Source: Chloroflexota bacterium
Lineage (GTDB): Bacteria; Chloroflexota; Dehalococcoidia; SM23-28-2; RBG-16-64-32
Assembly: GCA_029262695.1 (NCBI GenBank)
Contig: JAJCYV010000004.1
Location: forward strand, 2,807-66,806
Reading direction: 5' to 3'
DNA: 64,000 nucleotides
Shown here: positions 58,097 through 64,000 of the stretch, one piece after another
How positions within the stretch are numbered: the stretch's first letter is position 1
Layout: the number at the start of each line of letters is the position of its first letter
Program-made: the position numbers and the translations under genes
Notes under the pieces: generated by a model
Told to the model about the DNA's origin: nothing
The model's input: the letters and a program-made list of their open reading frames with translations, nothing else
Database searches by the model: none

Positions 58097-58633
58097 CTAA
58101 GCGTCCCAGGCGCGCATCACGCGGTAGAGGGGCACTGGCTCCGGGATGCCCTTCATGATCGTCGGGCCGATCTCCTCGAACGTCACGCCGTCCAGAGGCG
58201 CCTCGATGCGCGAAGTGCACGCCTCGGAGACGAGCACTTCACCCGGTGCGGCGAGGTCGACGATGCGCGCCGCCACGTTCACGTCGTGACCGATGAAGTC
58301 GTTGCCGCGCAGGACGGGACTCCCGAAGTGGATGCCGATCCGCACCCAGAGCGGCTCGTCGTCCTCGCCCGAGGCCTCCTCGAACCGCTCCTGTAGCGCC
58401 ACGCTCACTTGCACTGCGGCCAGTGGTTCGTCGAACCAGAGCATCAGCCCGTCGCCCAGGTTCTTCACGATGCGCCCGCTGTCGCCCATCTGCTCGCGGA
58501 CGAGGCTTTCCTGCAGGTCGAGCAGCGAAAGGGCGGCGGCGTCGCCGCGCAGCGCCGTGAACTCGGTGAACCCGCTCAGGTCAGTGAACACGATCGTGCC
58601 CTCACGGGTCTCGATCGCCGTCGCCGGGGTCAT
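58097..58633 (-). CDS. Minimal class III adenylate/guanylate cyclase (catalytic CHD domain only, 178 aa)
   Basis: It has IVFTDLSGFT (the metal-binding Asp), KNLGDGLM, RIGIHFGSPV and GHDVNVAAR. The start was set at the internal Met; its ATG overlaps the upstream gene stop (ATGA). Confidence 0.7.
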   Translation of the reverse strand: MTPATAIETREGTIVFTDLSGFTEFTALRGDAAALSLLDLQESLVREQMGDSGRIVKNLGDGLMLWFDEPLAAVQVSVALQERFEEASGEDDEPLWVRIGIHFGSPVLRGNDFIGHDVNVAARIVDLAAPGEVLVSEACTSRIEAPLDGVTFEEIGPTIMKGIPEPVPLYRVMRAWDA

Positions 58634-59286
58634 CCCTCTTCGACCGTGATCGACCCCGATATCGTGCGCGCCTTGATCTTGAAGTCGGAGCCCCGCGGCA
58701 CTTCGATCTCCGTCTTGCCGGAGAGCGTCTTCAGGCGTGGGTCCGGGTGGCGCCCGGGGTCGACCGCCACCTCGATCTTGCCGGAGATCGAACGCAGCTC
58801 TACGTCCCCCTGGCCGGCGGTGCCCACCTCGATGTTGCCGCTCATCGTGTGTGCGCGGACTTCTTCGCCGACCCAGCCGATCTCGATACGGCCACTCTTT
58901 GTGTTCGCGCGACAGCGCCCTCCGCACCGCTCGACTTCAAGGTGCCCGCTGATGCTGCGAACGTCGACGTCGCCCTCGGTCTCGTCCACCTCGATGTGGC
59001 CCGAGACCGTGCTTACTTTGACGGTCCCGAAGCGTCCCTCCAGGCTCACGTTCCCGGAAACGGCGCCCACGGAAACGTTCGTGCCTTCCGGGACAGTGAT
59101 CCTGAGGTTCGTTGACCTCGTGCGCGTCTCGACCACGTGCTTGTCGTCGGAGACGTCTACTCGGTGGTCACCAGGCTCGATCTCGATGTCCTGGACGTCC
59201 TCGGCCTCGATCTCAATGCGGGCGGAGACGGAAAGCACGCGCAGCCGAGCGCCTTCAGGGAGCGGGAATCGCGTACCCATCGCCAC
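58630..59286 (-). CDS. DUF4097-like all-beta repeat protein (LiaG-type 'putative adhesin' domain), co-transcribed with the cyclase
   Basis: It shows a repetitive SG.IEV/TVSG.I pattern typical of DUF4097 beta-solenoids. No transmembrane segment or signal peptide is present. Confidence 0.55.
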   Translation of the reverse strand: MAMGTRFPLPEGARLRVLSVSARIEIEAEDVQDIEIEPGDHRVDVSDDKHVVETRTRSTNLRITVPEGTNVSVGAVSGNVSLEGRFGTVKVSTVSGHIEVDETEGDVDVRSISGHLEVERCGGRCRANTKSGRIEIGWVGEEVRAHTMSGNIEVGTAGQGDVELRSISGKIEVAVDPGRHPDPRLKTLSGKTEIEVPRGSDFKIKARTISGSITVEEG

Positions 59287-59337
59287 CTTAGTTTAGCCGA
59301 GAGTTGGGGTGCTCTGTATGACGGGCGTCACGGAGCC

Positions 59338-60858
59338 TCAATCGCGCGCCAGCTGGTATACGCCGTCCGCGTACGAGACGATCAGCAGCTCGCCGTTCGG
59401 CAGCTCCCCGAACGAGGCGATGAAGAGATCTTCGTTCGTGAGCAAGACGGCCGGACTATCGTCCAGCGTGTTGACGGCCCAGATGCGCCCCGTGTAGAAG
59501 TCGCCGTAGACGTACCAGCCGTAGAGCTCCGGCATCGCACCCCCGCGGTAGACGAAGCCGCCGGTCACAGCGAGGCCCAGGTTGTGGCCGTACACGGCGC
59601 GCGGCGGCGAGAACGTCTTGCCGGTGCACTGGTCGGGATCGCCCGGGATTTCGTACTCCGCGAACCCCTCGTAGCAGTCCCAGCCGTAGTTGCCGCCGCT
59701 GACCACGCGGTCGATCTCCTCCCAGAGTTCCTGGCCCACGTCGCCGAGCCAGACGTCGCCTGTGAGGCTGTCGACGGTCATGCGCCAGGGGTTCCGCAGT
59801 CCGTAGGCGAAGATCTCCTCACGGGCGCCCGCGACGCCGACGAAGGGGTTGTCGGGCGGGATCGCGTACGGCTGCTCCGACACGTCGATCCGCAGCACCT
59901 TGCCCAGCAGCGTGTCCAGCGCCTGACCGTTCTCGTTCGGATCGCCGCCGCCGCCCCCGTCGCCTGTCGAGAGCAGCAGGTAGTCGTTGTGGTCGAAGGC
60001 GATGCGTCCGCCGTTGTGGTTCGTCGCGAACTGCGGGATCGACAGCAACACCTCGGCGCTGCCCCCGTCGAGCGCGCTTGCAGTCGCGGAGTAGCGGGCG
60101 AGGACGGAGCGGTCCGGGCCTGTCGCCGTGTAGTAGACGTACACGCGCCCGTCCTGCGCGAAGGCCGGCGAGAAAGCGAGCGACAGCAGGCCCTCCTCGT
60201 TGTCGCCGGCGTCCACGATCCCGCTGACGTCGCCCCAGGCCTGCGCCGGGAAGCTCCCATCGAGCCATACGTGATACATCTGGCCGCTCTGCCGTACGGC
60301 GATCGCTTCCGTCGGCGCGCCGGGTATCACCGCCAGCTCGATCACGGCGCCGTTCGCCGCGCCGAGGGCGCCGCCGCTGATCACTGTCTCCAGGTGGTAG
60401 CCGCCCGCGGCCGGCGTCGCGCTGGGCGCCGGCGTGGCCGTCGCTGTGGTGGTCGGTGTTGCGGCCGGCGTCGCCGTGCCCGGTGGAGCGGATGTCGATA
60501 GCACGTCGAGCGGCTCGCCGATGGGCTGGCAGGTCCCGGAGACTGGCTGGGTGGGCTCCACACCGCCGCTGAACAGCAGCAGCAGCAACACATCGCCCGC
60601 GTTCACGTTGCTGTCGCAGTTCACGTCGGCGGCCTGCTCCACGCAGCCCGCGAAAGGCTCGACGTCGGCCGCAAAGCGCAGGCCGGCAAGCGCATCGAGA
60701 GAGTCGATCGATTCGCTGCAGTCGGCGTCGCCCTGCAAGACGCCGTCGGCGGACGAACCGCCCGACCACGGCGAGAGGGCCACGGCCGCAAGCGCGATGA
60801 GCGCCAGCGCCACGACCGCAGCGGCGCCGGCGACGCGGAGATACGTTGGCATCTTCAC
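59338..60858 (-). CDS. Secreted PQQ-dependent sugar dehydrogenase (soluble glucose/sorbosone dehydrogenase family) with N-terminal dockerin-like Ca-binding repeats
   Basis: A signal peptide is followed by DADCSESIDSLDALAGLR and DVNCDSNVNAGDVLLLL (dockerin type I-like), a Pro/Thr linker, and the SGDH beta-propeller (NHNGGRIAF...LLLSTGDGGGG...GLRNPWRM). Confidence 0.65.
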   Translation of the reverse strand: MKMPTYLRVAGAAAVVALALIALAAVALSPWSGGSSADGVLQGDADCSESIDSLDALAGLRFAADVEPFAGCVEQAADVNCDSNVNAGDVLLLLLFSGGVEPTQPVSGTCQPIGEPLDVLSTSAPPGTATPAATPTTTATATPAPSATPAAGGYHLETVISGGALGAANGAVIELAVIPGAPTEAIAVRQSGQMYHVWLDGSFPAQAWGDVSGIVDAGDNEEGLLSLAFSPAFAQDGRVYVYYTATGPDRSVLARYSATASALDGGSAEVLLSIPQFATNHNGGRIAFDHNDYLLLSTGDGGGGGDPNENGQALDTLLGKVLRIDVSEQPYAIPPDNPFVGVAGAREEIFAYGLRNPWRMTVDSLTGDVWLGDVGQELWEEIDRVVSGGNYGWDCYEGFAEYEIPGDPDQCTGKTFSPPRAVYGHNLGLAVTGGFVYRGGAMPELYGWYVYGDFYTGRIWAVNTLDDSPAVLLTNEDLFIASFGELPNGELLIVSYADGVYQLARD

Positions 60859-60918
60859 ATCAATAGTACGCGAGTTGTCACGGATGGGACTGCGTGGCCG
60901 GCGGGGAATGAGCTGTCG

Positions 60919-62106
60919 TTAGCTGCTGTGCCGCGAGGTAAAGCGCCCGATGCGTTCCAGCGCTTCTTCAAGCAGGTTGTACGGTGCCGCGTAGCACATC
61001 CGCACGTGGCCGCGGCCGCATTCGCCGAACGCAGAGCCGGGAATGACTGCGACCTTCTCTTCGTCCAGCAGACGCTCCGAGAACTCGACGTCGTCCATCC
61101 CCGTGGAGCGGATCGACGGGAAGGCGTAGAAGGCGCCGTGTGGTTCGCTCATCGCCAGGCCGATCTCCCCCAGGCCCTTCACCATTAGCCGGCGGCGCCG
61201 GTCGAACTCGGCGACGAAGCGCCGGACGTCCTCCTCGCCGTGCTGGATCGCCTCCAGCGCGGCGTACTGCGAAGGCGTTGGCGCCGACATCACGATGTAC
61301 TGGTGCACCTTCATCATCGCCTCAAGCAGGTCCGAAGGGGCGCAGACCCAGCCCACGCGCCAGCCTGTCATGGCGTAGGACTTGGAGAAGCCGCCCATGA
61401 GCACGGTGCGCTCCTTCATCCCGGGCAGCGAGGCGAAGCACGTGTGGTCCATGCCGTAGCTCAGCCGGTCGTAGATCTCGTCCGAAATGACGATCAGGTC
61501 GTGCCGCTCGGCCACGTCGGCGATGGCCGTCAGGTCTTCGCGCGACATCTGCGCGCCTGTCGGGTTGGAGGGATAGCCGAGCAGCAGCGCCTTGCTGCGC
61601 GGCGTGATCTTCGCTTCGATCTCCTCCGCCGTGACGCGGAAGCCGCGCTCCATCTCGGTCGGCACCGGTACCAGCTTGCCGCCGACCAGCGACACGCACG
61701 GCGGATAGGCAACGTAGTACGGGTCGGGGCAGAGGACTTCGTCTCCGGGGTCGAGCAGCACATGGCTGGCCAGGAGCAGCGCCTCGGACACGCCGATCGT
61801 GACGATGATCTCGCGCTGCGGGTCGTAGCGCACACCGTAGAGGCGCTGAATGTGGTCCGCGATCGCCTCTCGCAGCGGGGGGAGGCCGTAGTTGGACGTG
61901 TAGTGCGTCTCTCCGGACTCGACGGCTTCGAAGGCGGCGCGGCTGTAGCGCTCCGGCGTGACGAAATCGGGCTCGCCGACGCCCAGCGAGATCACGCCGT
62001 CAAGATTGGCGATAAGCTCAAAGAAGCGGCGTATTCCGGACGATGAAATCGCATCAATCCTGTGCGAAAATCGCTGATTCGCCTTTTTCCTGGTGCCTTC
62101 TTTCAC
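60919..62106 (-). CDS. PLP-dependent aminotransferase, class I (aspartate/aromatic aminotransferase-like)
   Basis: The PLP-lysine region is GFSKSYAMTGWRVGW, with the NPTG substrate motif. Confidence 0.8.
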   Translation of the reverse strand: MKEGTRKKANQRFSHRIDAISSSGIRRFFELIANLDGVISLGVGEPDFVTPERYSRAAFEAVESGETHYTSNYGLPPLREAIADHIQRLYGVRYDPQREIIVTIGVSEALLLASHVLLDPGDEVLCPDPYYVAYPPCVSLVGGKLVPVPTEMERGFRVTAEEIEAKITPRSKALLLGYPSNPTGAQMSREDLTAIADVAERHDLIVISDEIYDRLSYGMDHTCFASLPGMKERTVLMGGFSKSYAMTGWRVGWVCAPSDLLEAMMKVHQYIVMSAPTPSQYAALEAIQHGEEDVRRFVAEFDRRRRLMVKGLGEIGLAMSEPHGAFYAFPSIRSTGMDDVEFSERLLDEEKVAVIPGSAFGECGRGHVRMCYAAPYNLLEEALERIGRFTSRHSS

Positions 62107-62201
62107 AAACCCCTCCGCAAAGATAGTAACGCTAATGGTAGCAGAGGGGTGTCAGGCTGTCACCGACGGGGTTAGCGGCGATCACGTGCGCCCCGCGCTT
62201 G

Positions 62202-63293
62202 CTAGCGGCGCTGCTCGGCGTACCCACGCGCGGCGATTGGCCAGACGTCGGTCACTCGGTCGCCTTCGAGCACGTAGATCACGTCGTGCAGGTTGATCGT
62301 CGGGTCGGTGTGCGAGGGCACAAGGCGAATGCGGTCACCGACGGCGATCGCCGACTCCGGCGGCAGCGTGATCGAGGCGTGCTCATCGCTGAGGAAGAGG
62401 ATGCTCGCGCCCTCAACACCGTCGACGTCCGGGTTGCCGTGGTCCTCCGTGCAGGCCTTGTGTCCAGAGTCCGTCACGCAGAGTCCCGGGGCGGGCCGCG
62501 AAATCACAGTCCCCAGAACCCAGAACGCCTGCCGGAACGAGATGTCCAGCTTCTCGTACGCCCCGTCCATCAGTGTGTAGGAGCCGGCCTGGACCTCCGT
62601 GACGCCTCGGATGCGGCCCGTGATGTCGTAAGAGCCGGTCCCACCTGCCGAGACGATCTCGCAGGGCAGACCGGCGTCACGGACGGCGCTGACGGCGGAA
62701 AGCAGGCGGTCCACCGCGTCACGCGTGACCTGCTCACGCTTTTCCCGCTCCGGTATGCCGACGGCGTGGCCCTCGTAGCCCATGAGGCCGCGCAGGCGAA
62801 CGCCGGGCGTCTCCGCCACACGCGAGGCCAGCTCCGCGGCTGCGTCTGGCTGCACGCCGCAGCGCGGCATCCCCACGTTGACGTCGACGAGCACGCCGAC
62901 TTCGACTCCCGCGGTGGCGGCGGCCTCGCCGGCCATCGCCAGCCCCTCGTGTGAGTCGACCGCGATCTTGATATCGACGCCGCGAGAGGCAATCGTGGCC
63001 ACACGCGCCGTCTTGTCCGCGCCGATGACCTCGTTTGCGATCAGGATGTCGTCGCAGAAGTCCGCCACGGCCTCGGCCTCCGCGACGGTCGCGCACGTCA
63101 GACCCGTGCACGAACCGGCGGCGAGCTGGCGGCGGGCGATCTCCGGCGTCTTGTGCGCCTTGAAGTGGGGACGCAGCTTACAGGCGCCTTCGCGGAAGAA
63201 CTCCGCCATGCGCTCGATGTTCGCTTGCATGGCGGCCACATCGAGGATGAGCGCCGGCGTGGGGATGTCGGCAACGGTGTGGGGAGCGGTCAC
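62202..63293 (-). CDS. Alanine-racemase-N-terminal-domain protein, DSD1 family (D-serine deaminase / D-threonine aldolase-like)
   Basis: A GTG start is assumed (VTAPHTVADIPTPALILD...). The PLP Lys is in RPHFKAHKTPE, and the C-terminal domain is conserved. Confidence 0.6.
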   Translation of the reverse strand: MTAPHTVADIPTPALILDVAAMQANIERMAEFFREGACKLRPHFKAHKTPEIARRQLAAGSCTGLTCATVAEAEAVADFCDDILIANEVIGADKTARVATIASRGVDIKIAVDSHEGLAMAGEAAATAGVEVGVLVDVNVGMPRCGVQPDAAAELASRVAETPGVRLRGLMGYEGHAVGIPEREKREQVTRDAVDRLLSAVSAVRDAGLPCEIVSAGGTGSYDITGRIRGVTEVQAGSYTLMDGAYEKLDISFRQAFWVLGTVISRPAPGLCVTDSGHKACTEDHGNPDVDGVEGASILFLSDEHASITLPPESAIAVGDRIRLVPSHTDPTINLHDVIYVLEGDRVTDVWPIAARGYAEQRR

Positions 63294-63327
63294 GCCGTGG
63301 AGTATCGCGCGTAGTGGTGGACGCCGT

Positions 63328-64000
63328 CTACAGCGGCGGGAACTCGTCGTGCCAGGCGGTCGACTGCTCGTAGGCATGGGCGGCCTGGAACATCGTCGCC
63401 TCGTCGAACGGCCTGGCGATGATCTGCAGGCCGATCGGCAGGCGCGCGCCGTCGTCCGCCGTCGCGAAGCCACAGGGCACGGAGATGCCAGGCAGGCCGG
63501 CGATGCTGACCGGGATCGTGCAGACGTCGTTGAGGTACATCTGCAGCGGGTCGCCGATCTTCTCGCCGATCTTGAACGCCGGCGTCGGTGATACGGGCGC
63601 GACCAGCACGTCGTGCTTCTCGAACGCCGCGTCGAACTCGCGGCGGATCAGCGTCCGCACCTTCTGCGCCTTCAGGTAGTACGCGTCGTAGTAGCCGGAG
63701 GAGAGTGCGTACGTGCCGATCATGATGCGCCGCTTCACCTCCTCGCCGAAACCACGCTGACGCGTGCCCTCCATGTCGGCCCACATCGATCCGCCCTCGT
63801 CGTACGAGAATCCGTACTTCACGCCGTCGTAGCGCGCCAGGTTCGCCGACGCCTCCGACGGCGCGATGATGTAGTAGACCGAGACCGCGTGCCCCGTGGA
63901 GGGCAACGAGACGTCTGTGTCGATCTCTGCGCCAAGACTCTCCAGTTGCGCGATGGCCTTCTCCACGGCCTCACGAACGTCGCCGTCCATGCCCTCGATG
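63328..64000 (-). CDS. gatA: Glutamyl-tRNA(Gln) amidotransferase subunit A, C-terminal part (5' end beyond window)
   Basis: The amidase-signature-family C-terminus is conserved ([11 protein letters not shown]...[25 protein letters not shown]). Confidence 0.85.
   Translation of the reverse strand, partial: IEGMDGDVREAVEKAIAQLESLGAEIDTDVSLPSTGHAVSVYYIIAPSEASANLARYDGVKYGFSYDEGGSMWADMEGTRQRGFGEEVKRRIMIGTYALSSGYYDAYYLKAQKVRTLIRREFDAAFEKHDVLVAPVSPTPAFKIGEKIGDPLQMYLNDVCTIPVSIAGLPGISVPCGFATADDGARLPIGLQIIARPFDEATMFQAAHAYEQSTAWHDEFPPL

Noticed and set aside
59137-60769. Two long overlapping ORFs (454 aa on + at 59137..60501 and 316 aa on - at 59819..60769)
   Set aside because: They are other-frame and antisense shadows of the SGDH gene, with extreme Arg/Gly bias.

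Overview
This is a high-GC (about 68-70%), densely coded bacterial chromosomal segment; the lineage was not identified from sequence alone. I support about 65 protein-coding genes and found no tRNA, rRNA or CRISPR array. Units recognised:
- thioredoxin-domain protein, a HEPN-domain protein, flavin reductase and a DinB-family protein at the 5' edge;
- an ECF sigma/anti-sigma pair divergent from an htrA-like protease, orphan ABC binding protein, htpX and cupredoxin lipoprotein;
- a Fur-family regulator followed by a zinc/manganese-type ABC transporter, then a second DinB-family gene and a YbjQ-family gene;
- two TldD/PmbA-family paralogs flanking a bifunctional aldolase/short-chain dehydrogenase gene and a GIY-YIG gene;
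- a vapBC toxin-antitoxin pair, then gltD and gltB (glutamate synthase);
- a standalone groEL with a perfect CIRCE operator;
- RidA and ROK-family genes, a LemA/M48-peptidase pair, a GNAT gene, an orphan selD and an endonuclease III gene;
- an arginine-biosynthesis cluster argC-argJ-argB-argD-argG, then about 3.9 kb of accessory genes (second vapBC, MOSC, polysaccharide deacetylase, HAD hydrolase, antisense aldo/keto reductase), then argH-rpe;
- rpmB divergent from a DAK2-domain (yloV-like) gene, a DegV-family gene, recG and argS;
- an inositol-monophosphatase-family gene, a DUF4097/class III cyclase pair, a dockerin-tagged PQQ-type sugar dehydrogenase, an aminotransferase, an alanine-racemase-like gene and the 3' part of gatA.

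Most notable non-genic signals:
- A sigma70-like promoter, a 24-codon leader ORF with an Arg cluster in rare CGA codons, and a strong intrinsic terminator sit 14 nt upstream of argC. I read this as a candidate leader-peptide attenuator. No ARG-box-like AT-rich palindrome is visible in the same region.
- A family of GC-rich REP/MITE-like palindromic repeats with a CCTGAGG/CCTCAGG core lies in several intergenic regions. One is a 135-bp element with 28-bp terminal inverted repeats.
- An AT-rich promoter/palindrome drives the vapBC cassette inserted inside the arg cluster.

Gene starts that differ from the ORF track were inferred from RBS position, gene overlap and family N-termini. They are approximate, as are the coordinates of the non-genic sites.
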